Below, in pieces: positions 1 through 10,404 of a stretch of 64,000 nucleotides of DNA. This DNA is from Actinomycetota bacterium (GTDB lineage: Bacteria > Actinomycetota > Actinomycetes > Nanopelagicales > Nanopelagicaceae): positions 406 to 64,405 of the forward strand of contig CANFUR010000001.1 of assembly GCA_947450175.1 (NCBI GenBank), in the 5' to 3' direction. Position numbers and translations under genes: made by a program. A model generated the notes under the pieces. It had not been told where the DNA came from and searched no databases. It worked only from the letters and a program-made list of their open reading frames with translations. Numbering within the stretch: position 1 is the first letter of the stretch; each line of letters opens with the position of its first letter.

Positions 1-696
1 CTTGGTGTGCAAGCACAACCTGGAGATGTGATTGTTTCACTTGGAACGTCAGGCACAGCTTTTGCTGTTTCTGAGACACCGACTCATGATGCCAGTGGCG
101 CGGTTGCAGGTTTCGCTGATGCAACGGGTCGCTTTTTGCCACTAGTTTGCACATTAAATGCGGCGCGCATCATGGATGCAGCAACAAGGATTTTGGGTAA
201 GACTCATGATGAAATCGGTGCCCTTGCACTTTCTGCAACACCGGGTGCTAATGGCTTAACTCTTTTGCCGTATTTTGAAGGTGAGCGAACTCCTAATCGC
301 CCAGATGCAACTGGAGTTTTTTCTGGGATGAATCTAACAAACTCTAATCCTGCAGATATCGCACGTGCCATGATTGAAGGAATGCTGGCGGGATTAGCCG
401 ATGCAGTTGATTCACTTACCGCTCTTGGCGTAAACGTGAATCGCATCTTGTTGATTGGCGGCGCGGCAAAAAATCTGGCGATACCCGCAATTGCTAGCGC
501 ATTGTTTGGCCGTGAAGTTCTTGTTCCTCCGGCCGGAGAATATGTTGCCGATGGTGCTGCAAAGCAAGCTGCATGGGCGTTACTGGGTGAAATGCCAACA
601 TGGGATTTAGGAAATGTTGTGCACCATCAATCTGTTCCAACTCCACATGTCATGGAAAAATACCGAACCTTGCGTGATAACACAGCAGGTTGGTAA
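1..696 (+). CDS. xylB: xylulokinase (FGGY carbohydrate kinase), C-terminal part; 5' end lies outside the window
   Basis: The frame is open from base 1. It carries FGGY C-terminal domain motifs (LLPYFEGERTPNRPDATGVF, RILLIGGAAKN, ADGAAKQAAW). Confidence 0.7.
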   Translation, partial: LGVQAQPGDVIVSLGTSGTAFAVSETPTHDASGAVAGFADATGRFLPLVCTLNAARIMDAATRILGKTHDEIGALALSATPGANGLTLLPYFEGERTPNRPDATGVFSGMNLTNSNPADIARAMIEGMLAGLADAVDSLTALGVNVNRILLIGGAAKNLAIPAIASALFGREVLVPPAGEYVADGAAKQAAWALLGEMPTWDLGNVVHHQSVPTPHVMEKYRTLRDNTAGW

Positions 697-700
697 AGAT

Positions 701-1924
701 TTAAGCAGTTACGCGCACGCCTTTACCAACAACGATAATTCCACCAGGGCTAATTGTGAATCTTTGGCGATCACGTTCAATATCAACGCCAATCTGAGCG
801 CCCGGTTCAACCACAACATTTTTATCCAGGATTGCATTTCGTACGATTGATTTATCACCGATTCGAACCGATGGCATTAACACTGAACCTTCAACAATTG
901 CTCCGCGACCGACTGTTACGTCATAAGAAACTACTGATCCATGCAATATTCCACCTGAAATAATGGAACCAGCGCCAACGATTGAATCGTGCGCTCCTCC
1001 ACTTTCGCTGAACTTGGCCGGTGGCAATGATGGTGGATTCGTAAGCAATGGCCATTCACGATTGTATAAATTGAAAATTGGATGCACCGAAACTAAATCC
1101 ATATGTGCGTCATAGTAAGAATCAATAGAACCAACATCTCGCCAGTAACCTTTATCACGCTCGGTTTCTCCAGGAACAACGTTATTTGCAAAGTCATAAA
1201 CCTTAGCTTCGCCATTTTTCGTCAGGAAGGGAATGATGTTGCCACCTAAGTCATGGCGGGATTCGATATCTTCAGAATCGATAATCAGTGCTTCTTCCAT
1301 TACATCACGCTTAAATATGTAGTTTCCCATTGATACTAAACAAAGATCAGGATGACCAGGCATGGCTGGTGGATCAGATGGTTTTTCGTGAAAAGCTTTA
1401 ATTGTGATTCCATCTTCAGCAAGTTCGATTACACCAAATTCGTGAGCCTCTGAACGCGGCATACGAATTGCGGCAACGGTAATTCCAGCACCAGTTTCGA
1501 CATGCTGAACAAACATCTGACCTGGATCCATGCGATAAACGTGGTCTGCACCAAAGACTAAAACATGTTCAGGATTTTCATCATGAATCAAATTAAAATT
1601 CTGCAAAATTGCGTCAGCGCTACCTGTGTACCAACGTGGACCTAAACGTTGTTGGGCAGGAACCGGAGTGATGTAGTTGCCAAGTAGAGCTGACATGCGC
1701 CACGTTGTTGTTATATGGCGGTCAAGAGAGTGAGATTTGTATTGGGTCAAAACTGCAATTTTTAACATGCTTGCATTCACAAGATTTGATAAAACAAAAT
1801 CTATGAGGCGATAAGAACCACCGAATGGAACTGCTGGCTTTGCACGATCTGCGGTAAGTGGCATTAAACGCTTACCTTCGCCTCCAGCAAGGACAATTCC
1901 AAGGGGAAGTTTAAGTTTTGCCAT
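701..1924 (-). CDS. glgC: glucose-1-phosphate adenylyltransferase
   Basis: 407-aa ORF with the N-terminal nucleotidyltransferase motif [25 protein letters not shown] and a C-terminal hexapeptide-repeat region. It is divergent from the glycogen synthase gene. Confidence 0.95.
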   Translation of the reverse strand: MAKLKLPLGIVLAGGEGKRLMPLTADRAKPAVPFGGSYRLIDFVLSNLVNASMLKIAVLTQYKSHSLDRHITTTWRMSALLGNYITPVPAQQRLGPRWYTGSADAILQNFNLIHDENPEHVLVFGADHVYRMDPGQMFVQHVETGAGITVAAIRMPRSEAHEFGVIELAEDGITIKAFHEKPSDPPAMPGHPDLCLVSMGNYIFKRDVMEEALIIDSEDIESRHDLGGNIIPFLTKNGEAKVYDFANNVVPGETERDKGYWRDVGSIDSYYDAHMDLVSVHPIFNLYNREWPLLTNPPSLPPAKFSESGGAHDSIVGAGSIISGGILHGSVVSYDVTVGRGAIVEGSVLMPSVRIGDKSIVRNAILDKNVVVEPGAQIGVDIERDRQRFTISPGGIIVVGKGVRVTA

Positions 1925-1969
1925 GTGCTAACGATAGCCTGTACCTCTTGAAGCGGATAGGGGGATGAT

Positions 1970-3130
1970 ATGAGCGAGCTAAAAGTTGGCATCGTTACCA
2001 AGGAATGGCCCCCGGCCATCTATGGAGGCGCAGGCGTTCATGTTCTGCAATTAACCCAAGCCCTTCGCACAATCAAAGATGTACACGTTGACGTCCACTG
2101 TTTCGGTGGAAAACGCGATGATGCTTTCGGATACTCAACACCCGCAGAATTTTCAACCGCTAATCCTGCTGTTCAAGCCATTGCTACAGATCTTGAAATT
2201 GCAACGCATTTGTCCAACGTAGATTTAGTTCATTCGCATACGTGGTATGCCAATATGGCAGGACATATTGCATCTTTGCAATATTCAATCCCCCATATCG
2301 TCAGTGCACATTCACTTGAGCCGCTGCGGCCATGGAAAGCTGAACAATTAGGTGGCGGGTACGCAATTTCTTCATGGGCGGAAAAAACAGCGTACGAAGC
2401 CGCTTCTGCAATCATTGCTGTTAGCAACGGAATGCGCGCAGATGTATTAAAGGCATACCCTGCAATTGATCCCAAAAAGGTTGTAACTATTCGCAATGGT
2501 GTTGATGCAACTAAATTTGCGCCAAACGATGATCCTTCTGTTCTCAAGAAATATGGCGTCAGTGGGCCATTTGCGATTTTCGTTGGTCGCATCACTCGCC
2601 AAAAAGGTCTAGCTCATTTACTGCGTGCTTGGAAAAATGTCCCCAGTGAATTTGGATTGGTTCTTGCCGCTGGAAGTCCAGATGAAGAAGGAATTGGCAA
2701 GGAAGTTGCTGACCTCATCACAGAGCTACAAAAATCTCGTGGCAATGTTTGGTGGATTAAAGATATGTTGCCTCATGCCGAATTAACAGCGATGTTAACG
2801 GGGGCTGACTTATTTGTTTGCCCATCAGTGTATGAACCTCTTGGAATTGTTAATTTAGAAGCTATGGGTTGTGAAACTGCAGTTTTAGGTTCGCGCGTTG
2901 GTGGAATTCCAGAAGTTGTCGCAGATAAAGAAACCGGTGAACTTGTTGATTACACGGGTGATGCCGCACTATTTGAAAGTGCACTGACAGAATCCATTAC
3001 GCGTTTAATGTCACAGCCAGAACTACTTAAGGAATATGGGATTGCTGGCAGAGTACGCATCATGAGGGAATTTGGTTGGGATGCTGTTGCTACTGCAACG
3101 ATTGAACTGTACAAGCGCGTGATTGCTTAG
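1970..3130 (+). CDS. glgA: GT4 glycogen synthase / alpha-maltose-1-phosphate synthase (GlgA/GlgM type)
   Basis: 386 aa, nearly colinear with mycobacterial GlgM as I remember it (YGGAGVHV, HSHTWY, SAHSLEPLRPWKAEQLGGGY, FVGRITRQKG, CPSVYEPLGIVNLEAMGC). Confidence 0.9.
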   Translation: MSELKVGIVTKEWPPAIYGGAGVHVLQLTQALRTIKDVHVDVHCFGGKRDDAFGYSTPAEFSTANPAVQAIATDLEIATHLSNVDLVHSHTWYANMAGHIASLQYSIPHIVSAHSLEPLRPWKAEQLGGGYAISSWAEKTAYEAASAIIAVSNGMRADVLKAYPAIDPKKVVTIRNGVDATKFAPNDDPSVLKKYGVSGPFAIFVGRITRQKGLAHLLRAWKNVPSEFGLVLAAGSPDEEGIGKEVADLITELQKSRGNVWWIKDMLPHAELTAMLTGADLFVCPSVYEPLGIVNLEAMGCETAVLGSRVGGIPEVVADKETGELVDYTGDAALFESALTESITRLMSQPELLKEYGIAGRVRIMREFGWDAVATATIELYKRVIA

Positions 3131-3994
3131 ATGACTCGTAAATCCTGGATTCAGTTTGGCATTGTTGGCTTCTTGTGGGGAATTCCTTACTTACTAATGA
3201 AGGTGGCAGTTGCTGACATACCGCCTCCCCTAATCGTTGCGGGCCGTACATTTATTGGTGCTCTCATTCTGATTCCAATCGCAATCAAGAAAAATACTTT
3301 CAAAGATGCCATCAAGGGCATCCGCTATGTGATCCCATATGCAATCCTTGAAATGGTGGGGCCCTGGATCCTAATTACAAATGCTGAAAAGGAGATTTCC
3401 TCAGGTCTTGCTGGGCTTTTAATTGCCACAGTTCCAATCTTTTCAACTATTTTCTCTTCCCTGCGCGGGGATCATTCCGTATGGCAACCCAAGCGAATCT
3501 TTGGGTTAGTTGTCGGATTTATTGGAATCGTCGCGCTTGTTGGTATTGAATCAATTACTGGAAGCAGTAATCCGAAAGCTATTGCAATGGTGATTCTTGC
3601 AGCAATCATGTATGCCTACGCCGTTCTCATGATCACAGCTAACTTGCCAGGAGTTGATGGAATTGCCATTAACGGAACGGCAATGGGGCTTACCTGTCTT
3701 TTCTACACTCCCATCGCAATTGCCATGTGGCCAAGCAATCATGTTTCAACTAAAGCCATCGCAGCGTTGGTCGCGTTGGGTGTGTTTAGTACCGCTATAG
3801 CTTTCATGCTTTTCTTTATTGTCATTATAGAAATTGGGCCGGCGCGAGGATCTCTGACAACTTATGTAAATACGGCAATTGCAGTTGTTCTCGGAATTAT
3901 CATTTTAGGCGAGCCAATTACTTTAGGAATTCAAGTTGGTCTACCTATGGTTATTCTGGGTTCTTATCTAGCAAGTCGTAAAGAGAAAGTTTAA
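3131..3994 (+). CDS. EamA/DMT family transporter
   Basis: 287-aa polytopic membrane ORF with two halves of about five hydrophobic helices. Its ATG abuts the glgA stop (TAGATG). Confidence 0.7.
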   Translation: MTRKSWIQFGIVGFLWGIPYLLMKVAVADIPPPLIVAGRTFIGALILIPIAIKKNTFKDAIKGIRYVIPYAILEMVGPWILITNAEKEISSGLAGLLIATVPIFSTIFSSLRGDHSVWQPKRIFGLVVGFIGIVALVGIESITGSSNPKAIAMVILAAIMYAYAVLMITANLPGVDGIAINGTAMGLTCLFYTPIAIAMWPSNHVSTKAIAALVALGVFSTAIAFMLFFIVIIEIGPARGSLTTYVNTAIAVVLGIIILGEPITLGIQVGLPMVILGSYLASRKEKV

Positions 3995-4911
3995 CTGCGC
4001 TCTTCAAAGCCTAGTTTGTCGAGCATGCGTGAATCACGTTGCCATTCCTTCGAAACTTTAATATGAAGTCCCAAGAAAATTTTGGCAACAAGGGCGCGTT
4101 CAATATCTGCTCGTGCTCGAATTCCGATTTCCTTTAATCGCACGCCTTGGTGGCCAAGCAAAATCGCCCGCTGCGTATCGCGCTCTACATGAATAGTTGC
4201 ATGAACATCATAAAAGGGCCGTGAACCTTTTTCTTCTCGCTCACCAAACTCATCAATTGTTACAACGATAGAGTGTGGCAGCTCCTCGCGAACATCTTGC
4301 AATGCAGCTTCGCGGATGAATTCACATATCAACTGTTCGATTGCTTGATCACTGGTTGTACCTTCAGGGTAATAAGCCGGCCCTGCTGGCAAAGCTGCCC
4401 CAATAAGTTGGTTAAGCAAATCAATCTGATCATGAATTGCCGCAGATACCGGAATGATTTCATCCCACACAAAGCCTTGGGCTAACTCCATAATTCCAGT
4501 TAAACGAAGGGCCAGTTTTTCCTTAGAGAGTAAATCTGTTTTAGTGATGACAGCAAACTTCTTAGCGCGAGGATGTTTGGCTATTTCTTGGGCAATATAG
4601 ATATCTCCCGCGCCAGATGTTTCATCAGCTGGAATACAGAGAATGACAATATCTACTGAATCCATCGATTGATCAACAACTGCATTAAGGCGATGTCCTA
4701 ATAACGTTTTTGGCTTATGAACACCTGGGGTATCAACGAGAACGGCTTGGAAATTGTCTCCGTGAACAATGCCTCGAATAGCGCTGCGAGTGGTGTTGGG
4801 ATGATGTGACGTAATTGCAATTTTGCTACCTACTAAAGCATTGATGAGGGTTGATTTTCCAACGTTTGGGCGGCCAACAATGGCGACAAAGCCCGAACGG
4901 AAATCACTCAT
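3991..4911 (-). CDS. era: GTPase Era
   Basis: G1 GRPNVGKSTL, G3 DTPG and G4 TKTD motifs plus a C-terminal KH-domain region; 306 aa. Confidence 0.95.
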   Translation of the reverse strand: MSDFRSGFVAIVGRPNVGKSTLINALVGSKIAITSHHPNTTRSAIRGIVHGDNFQAVLVDTPGVHKPKTLLGHRLNAVVDQSMDSVDIVILCIPADETSGAGDIYIAQEIAKHPRAKKFAVITKTDLLSKEKLALRLTGIMELAQGFVWDEIIPVSAAIHDQIDLLNQLIGAALPAGPAYYPEGTTSDQAIEQLICEFIREAALQDVREELPHSIVVTIDEFGEREEKGSRPFYDVHATIHVERDTQRAILLGHQGVRLKEIGIRARADIERALVAKIFLGLHIKVSKEWQRDSRMLDKLGFEERS

Positions 4912-4923
4912 AGGCTTATTCTC

Positions 4924-5784
4924 TCATTGATTTATACCGATGAACTCCACTGCATCTGCAACTGATGTGACAATTTCGGCAGCGCGTTCACCAATTAATC
5001 GATGGCAACCTTCACTCGTTGGTGAATTAATAGGACCCGGGATCGCCATAACTGGTCGCATCATTTCGGCAGCATCTCTGGCTGTTCGTAGTGAACCACT
5101 TCTAAATGCAGCTTCAACAACCAATGTTGCTTGGGATATCGCAGCAATTAAGCGATTGCGTGTAAGGAAGCGATGTGGCAATGCTCTATGGCCAGGCATA
5201 ACTTCAGTTAATAGCGCACCTGATTCACATATCTCTTCAAATAATCGAGCATTACCTGCCGGATAATTGATATCTATTCCGCAGGCAATAACTGCAATCG
5301 TTGAACCTTCAGCAATCAAAGCTCCTTTGTGTGCAAAAGAATCTATGCCATATGCACCACCACTAACGATGCTCCATTGGCGATCGACAAAACCAGCTGC
5401 AAAATCACCAGCTATACGTGCACCGTAATTAGTCGGATTCCGTGTTCCGACTATGGCTAAAGAATTTGTGCCAAGTGCATCCAGATTACCTTTGGCTATT
5501 AATGCGATTGGGGGTGTTGCTAGATCTTCAACTTTGGATGGCCAGAATGTATCTCCCGGAACTATCAAGCGTGCATTCGAAATCGCGATTGAACTTAATA
5601 CTTCATCGGCAGATTTTGAAGATATCTCCTTAATAAGCGGGGCGTATTTAATTGTGTCGTAGTGTCCGTTTTTCAGTTTTTCGTAAATTTCCAGTGCAGT
5701 TGATCCATAAATTTCGGCGGACCAAAAACTATGACCGCCTTCTATAGAACTAAAAAGTATCGCCCTGGCATCTAGCTCATTCAC
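4924..5784 (-). CDS. dprA: DNA-processing protein DprA
   Basis: Rossmann-fold DprA motifs (AIVGTRNPTNYG, SGGAYGIDSFAHKGAL, FLTRNRLIAA). It overlaps the upstream comM gene by 4 nt. Confidence 0.85.
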   Translation of the reverse strand: MNELDARAILFSSIEGGHSFWSAEIYGSTALEIYEKLKNGHYDTIKYAPLIKEISSKSADEVLSSIAISNARLIVPGDTFWPSKVEDLATPPIALIAKGNLDALGTNSLAIVGTRNPTNYGARIAGDFAAGFVDRQWSIVSGGAYGIDSFAHKGALIAEGSTIAVIACGIDINYPAGNARLFEEICESGALLTEVMPGHRALPHRFLTRNRLIAAISQATLVVEAAFRSGSLRTARDAAEMMRPVMAIPGPINSPTSEGCHRLIGERAAEIVTSVADAVEFIGINQ

Positions 5785-7301
5785 AGTTCAATTCCTCCGC
5801 GCAAGCTATGGGCTTTTTCAACATCTTCTAATGTGGGTATTGAATGTCCAGCTAAATCTGCCAAAGTCCATGAAACACGAATAATTTTATGAAGTCCGCG
5901 AGCAGTGATGTGTTCCTTATCTAACTCATCATGCAGAAAATTCATGGCTTGGCGCTGTGGCTGAAAAACCGTGCGCAAGGCTCGGGATGGAATGTGAGAA
6001 TTAAGTTCCCAGGAATAGTCACTAAAACGTGCACGTGCAATAGCGCGGGCGGTAATGACGCGAACTCGAATATCAGCACTTGATTCACCAAGATCCGTAC
6101 GAGCCATATCCACACGTCCAACTGGGTCAACATGGACGCGCATATCAATTCGATCCATCAATGGACCCGAAAGACGGTTGAGATATCTGCGCACTTGTAG
6201 TGAAGTACATGTGCAGTTGTGACCACGTCCAGTAAATTTTCCACACGGACATGGATTTGCAGCAAGAACTAATAGGAACTGAGCTGGGAAGGTTAAATTT
6301 CCAATACTTCTTGCGATTGTGATTGTTCCGGCCTCAAGTGGTTGGCGCAATGAATCTAAAACACCTGAAGGACATTCGGGAGCTTCATCAATAAATAAGA
6401 CACCATTATGAGCAAGTGAGCAGGCACCAGGTTTAATCACATGCGCACCTCCTCCAACCATTGCAACGCGCGTTGTTGTGTGGTGTGGCGAAATTATTGG
6501 CGCAGTTAAAGAAGTTGGGGAGCGATTGGTAAAGGAACCTGAGATTGAATGAACTGCAGTGACTTCTAAAGCTTGAGCAATTGTGAGGGCAGGTAAAATT
6601 GTTGGGATGCGTTCGGCAATCATTGTTTTGCCAGCACCGGGTGGACCAATCAATAAAAGGTGATGTCCACCTGATGCAGCTATTTCTGCTGCAAGTCGAG
6701 CTTGAGGCTGCCCTGCAACATCGGCGAAATCTAAGTTCTCGTCTGTAGGTTGCCAAGCGAATTCAATTTCATCGGCAATTTCGCGCTCCCCTGTACGAAG
6801 CCATCGCAATACTTGCTTCACATGTTCCATTGCAATTATTTCAATACCCTGCATAAGTTGCGCTTCCTGAAAATTCGCGCGTGGCACTACAACAGTTTTT
6901 ATCCCAGCTTTTTGAGCAGCGATTAAGGCTGGTAAAACTCCCCGGACCGAACGAATTCGACCATCTAGTGAAAGTTCGCCAAGAAATACAACGTCTGAAA
7001 TGGCATCAGGCGAAATTGTTTCGTGCGCCGATAAGAGTGCAATGCAAATTGCTAAGTCAAAACTTGAGCCGCTCTTAGGCAGCCAGGCAGGCGAAAGTGA
7101 AACGGTTACTTTGCGATTGGGCCACACTTCAGCGCAATTGACGATTGCTGCGCGGACACGATCGCGAGATTCTGACAACGCTGCATCAGGTAGTCCAAGC
7201 AGTGAGTACATAGGAAGGCCATCTGCGATATCGACTTCAACCGTGACAACATGGCCATCTAATCCAAGAAGTGCAACTGATTTTGTATGTGCAAGGCTCA
7301 T
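5781..7301 (-). CDS. comM: YifB/ComM family Mg-chelatase-like AAA ATPase
   Basis: 506 aa with an N-terminal Lon-like domain, Walker A GPPGAGKT, Walker B LFIDEAP and a C-terminal Mg-chelatase subunit region. Confidence 0.9.
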   Translation of the reverse strand: MSLAHTKSVALLGLDGHVVTVEVDIADGLPMYSLLGLPDAALSESRDRVRAAIVNCAEVWPNRKVTVSLSPAWLPKSGSSFDLAICIALLSAHETISPDAISDVVFLGELSLDGRIRSVRGVLPALIAAQKAGIKTVVVPRANFQEAQLMQGIEIIAMEHVKQVLRWLRTGEREIADEIEFAWQPTDENLDFADVAGQPQARLAAEIAASGGHHLLLIGPPGAGKTMIAERIPTILPALTIAQALEVTAVHSISGSFTNRSPTSLTAPIISPHHTTTRVAMVGGGAHVIKPGACSLAHNGVLFIDEAPECPSGVLDSLRQPLEAGTITIARSIGNLTFPAQFLLVLAANPCPCGKFTGRGHNCTCTSLQVRRYLNRLSGPLMDRIDMRVHVDPVGRVDMARTDLGESSADIRVRVITARAIARARFSDYSWELNSHIPSRALRTVFQPQRQAMNFLHDELDKEHITARGLHKIIRVSWTLADLAGHSIPTLEDVEKAHSLRGGIEL

Positions 7302-7684
7302 AGAACGCTGGCTCGATATTCAATGCTGTGTGAACCATTGGCAGCAATTAAAACTGCAGCAACATCTATCTGGTAGTCACACCCTAAGCAACCATGTGTT
7401 GCTAGCCATCCAAGGGCTAAACGTTGCATGCGCATTGCTTTTTCGCGATTTATTGCTTCGAATGGATGTCCAAATGCAACCGATGATCTGGTTTTTACTT
7501 CTACAAATGCAAAAATTCCAGATGGATATAGCGCGATAATATCTATCTCGCCTTCGCGAATTCGCCAGTTTCGTTCAATGATTTCTGCTTTGTGGTTAAT
7601 TAAATACTTAGAAACTTCTTCTTCGCCAAAAGCGCCTGTTCGTTGATTACTTTTTCTTTGCATGTGCCAGACGATAAATTCCAT
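7298..7684 (-). CDS. YraN family (UPF0102) endonuclease-like protein
   Basis: 128 aa with GEIDIIA and FVEVKTR motifs. It overlaps the comM start by 4 nt, the conserved actinobacterial neighbourhood. Confidence 0.8.
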   Translation of the reverse strand: MEFIVWHMQRKSNQRTGAFGEEEVSKYLINHKAEIIERNWRIREGEIDIIALYPSGIFAFVEVKTRSSVAFGHPFEAINREKAMRMQRLALGWLATHGCLGCDYQIDVAAVLIAANGSHSIEYRASVL

Positions 7685-7710
7685 GTCCGACTCTGCTCAG
7701 GCCACCTTTT

Positions 7711-8319
7711 TTACTTGTGAATAAGCGCCGCTATATTTGAAAAGGATTGTCGATGTTGTGCACATGGGCCATGTTCATTGAGTGCCTTTGTATGTGTTGC
7801 TGTGATGTAGCCCTTATGTCCGGCAAAGCCATAGACCGGAAAGTCTTTATCCATTTCGCGCATAATTCGGTCACGTGTAACTTTTGCAATGATTGATGCA
7901 GCGCTAATAGTTACAACGACTTGGTCACCTTTCCACACAGCTAAATTCGGAAAACCTAAGCCTTCAATTGCATAACCATCGGTGAGAACATATGCAGGAG
8001 TTACATTGAGTCCATTAACCGCTCTTCGCATCCCATCAAGATTTGCCGCATGCACTCCCCTGGCATCAACTTCAGATGCTGGAACTATTACTACACTGAC
8101 ACTTGCGGCAATCGATTGAATAATTTCAGAGATTTCTTCACGTTTATTTTCAGTTAATTCTTTAGAGTCGCGAACTAGCCTAAGTTCTGTGGCAAAAGGA
8201 TCGTGAAGAACTACTGATGCTATTACTAGTGGTCCGGCACATGCCCCGCGCCCTGCTTCATCAACCCCGGCAATAGGAGATATACCTTCTTGGATGAGCA
8301 GTTGCTCAATAACTTTCAT
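7711..8319 (-). CDS. rnhB: ribonuclease HII
   Basis: 202 aa with the active-site motifs GVDEAGRG and DSKELT. Confidence 0.9.
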   Translation of the reverse strand: MKVIEQLLIQEGISPIAGVDEAGRGACAGPLVIASVVLHDPFATELRLVRDSKELTENKREEISEIIQSIAASVSVVIVPASEVDARGVHAANLDGMRRAVNGLNVTPAYVLTDGYAIEGLGFPNLAVWKGDQVVVTISAASIIAKVTRDRIMREMDKDFPVYGFAGHKGYITATHTKALNEHGPCAQHRQSFSNIAALIHK

Positions 8320-8325
8320 GGAAAA

Positions 8326-8979
8326 CTATTTCAGAACGTTAATTTTTGGAACATAGGTAATATTTTTATATGGCCAGATAACAGCAAATACGCGCCCAGT
8401 TACTCGGGATAGTGGCACAAAACCTTTGTTGATATCTTCTTGGTGATATCTAGAATCCGCACTTGCTCCGCGGTGATCTCCCATAACCCAAATCTTGCCC
8501 TTTGGCACCGTGACATCAAATTTCATATCGCTAGGAACGTTGCCGGCAAAGATGTACGGCTCTGTAATTGGCTTACCATTAACGGTTAATAAACCTGCTT
8601 TATCGCAGCAAACAACGTGGTCGCCACCAACACCAATGACACGTTTAACTAAATACTGTTTAGCCGGATTAGGTAATACGCCTACTGCCACTAAACCAGT
8701 TTTCAACTTGGCAATATATTTATTAGATGATGAATCAGTAATCTCGGGCAACCATCCAGCTGGATCGCGGAAAACAACAACATCACCGCGTGAAATATTT
8801 CGAGAAAGAAAAGGTACTTTGTTTACTGCAACGCGATCTTTGACCTGCAAAGTATTTTCCATAGATCCAGATGGAATATAGAAAAACTGAACGAGAAAAG
8901 TCTTTATAAGCAGGGAGACAACAAGTGCAACTACAACAAGGATTGGGAGCTCCCGAAGGAGGGAACCCTTACGACGCAT
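8326..8979 (-). CDS. lepB: signal peptidase I (bacterial S26A type)
   Basis: N-terminal TM helix, Ser box IPSGSMENTL, Lys box KRVIGVGGD and the GDHRGASADSR box. Confidence 0.9.
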   Translation of the reverse strand: MRRKGSLLRELPILVVVALVVSLLIKTFLVQFFYIPSGSMENTLQVKDRVAVNKVPFLSRNISRGDVVVFRDPAGWLPEITDSSSNKYIAKLKTGLVAVGVLPNPAKQYLVKRVIGVGGDHVVCCDKAGLLTVNGKPITEPYIFAGNVPSDMKFDVTVPKGKIWVMGDHRGASADSRYHQEDINKGFVPLSRVTGRVFAVIWPYKNITYVPKINVLK

Positions 8980-8987
8980 TGAGTTGA

Positions 8988-9512
8988 TTATTCAGCAGCA
9001 GGTGTTGCTTCAGCAGCTGGTGCTTCAACGACGGCTTCAGGAGTTTCAACTGCAACTTCAGCAACTGGGGCTTCAACAACTTCCTCAACAACCGGAGCTG
9101 CTGCAACTACAGGAGCAATTGGTTCAGCTACTGGTGTAGAAAGAATTCCATCACCGTAACCTTCAACGCCATCGCGCTTTTCACGAATCTTTGCAGCCTT
9201 ACCGCGAAGATCGCGTAGGTAGTAAAGCTTGGCGCGACGTACTTCGCCTTTCTTTACTAATTCAATTTTTTCAATAACTGGAGTGTGTACTGGGAACGTA
9301 CGCTCTACGCCAACACCGTAAGAAACTTTACGAACAGTAAATGTTTCACGAACGCCATCGCCTTGACGGCGGATAACAATTCCTTGGAAGACCTGAAGAC
9401 GGCTCTTGCTACCTTCGATAACACGAACATGAATCTTGAGCTCATCGCCAGCACGAAACTGAGGGATGTCTTTGCGCAGCGAAGCTGCATCTACGGCGTC
9501 AAGAATATTCAT
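8988..9512 (-). CDS. rplS: 50S ribosomal protein L19 with an extra Ala/Val/Glu/Pro-rich C-terminal tail
   Basis: The first ~117 aa are canonical L19 ([42 protein letters not shown]). The remaining ~55 aa are low-complexity and acidic. Confidence 0.95.
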   Translation of the reverse strand: MNILDAVDAASLRKDIPQFRAGDELKIHVRVIEGSKSRLQVFQGIVIRRQGDGVRETFTVRKVSYGVGVERTFPVHTPVIEKIELVKKGEVRRAKLYYLRDLRGKAAKIREKRDGVEGYGDGILSTPVAEPIAPVVAAAPVVEEVVEAPVAEVAVETPEAVVEAPAAEATPAAE

Positions 9513-9614
9513 GGAATTCGTCCTTTTTTATCTTCATCTATTAAGCACCGGCTTTGGCAGGTGCAGACTGCGTATCTTGCCACAGAAGGGGCCTTGAGCG
9601 TAAATCGGCTTTTC

Positions 9615-10379
9615 TCAGGCGGGAATCTCCCGCATAAGCTCAGCATGTAGATGGGCTCCACCTGCCACCGTTAACTCCATTCCCCGCCACACATGCGTGC
9701 TCACAATAGCCCCAGCTTCTGTGGCAATTAAGGATGCCGCGGCCAAATCCCACTCCTTTAATCCAGTTTCAATATAGCCATCGACCATTCCCGTTGCCAC
9801 ACAACAAATATCTGTTGCCGCTGCTCCCATTCGTCGAATATCACGAATTGTGGGAACCAAGGTATTAACCAGATCTAATTGATTAATACGCTCAGAAACA
9901 TCGTAAGCAAATCCTGTTGAAATTAAGGCCCGGTTTAACTCAATAGGTTCATTACATGCGATTGCAATCGAGTTAAGGAAAGCGCCGCCACCGCGTGTTG
10001 CATGCCATGTTGATCCAATAGTTGGTGCATGCACAACACCGGCAACAACGCCTTGTGCATCTTTGACCGCAATGCTGATATTCCAACCAGGTAAGCCGTA
10101 GAAATAATTAACTGTTCCATCAACTGGATCTATCACCCATGTGTAGCCCGATTTAGATTCACGTGCAGCACCTTCTTCACCGATAATTCCATCATCAGGG
10201 CGGGCGGCAAGGATTGCATTCACAATAAGTTTTTCACTGGCCACATCCATTTGTGTTGCAATATCGATAGCCGTTGACTTTGAAGTCAATTCCCATGATG
10301 CAGGACGATCGACAAGTAATTCTCCCGCCTGTTGCGCGATTTGCTGCGCCAATGCAAGAAGTTCATCTTTGATGCTCAT
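9615..10379 (-). CDS. inositol monophosphatase family protein
   Basis: 254 aa with IMPase motifs (GEEG, WVIDPVDGTVNY, WDLAAA). Confidence 0.8.
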   Translation of the reverse strand: MSIKDELLALAQQIAQQAGELLVDRPASWELTSKSTAIDIATQMDVASEKLIVNAILAARPDDGIIGEEGAARESKSGYTWVIDPVDGTVNYFYGLPGWNISIAVKDAQGVVAGVVHAPTIGSTWHATRGGGAFLNSIAIACNEPIELNRALISTGFAYDVSERINQLDLVNTLVPTIRDIRRMGAAATDICCVATGMVDGYIETGLKEWDLAAASLIATEAGAIVSTHVWRGMELTVAGGAHLHAELMREIPA

Positions 10380-10404
10380 CTGCTTATCCTAACCCTGACA
10401 TAGG

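Noticed and set aside
7000-7539. 179-aa ORF antisense to comM/yraN
   Set aside because: It overlaps two conserved genes on the other strand and has no recognisable domain.
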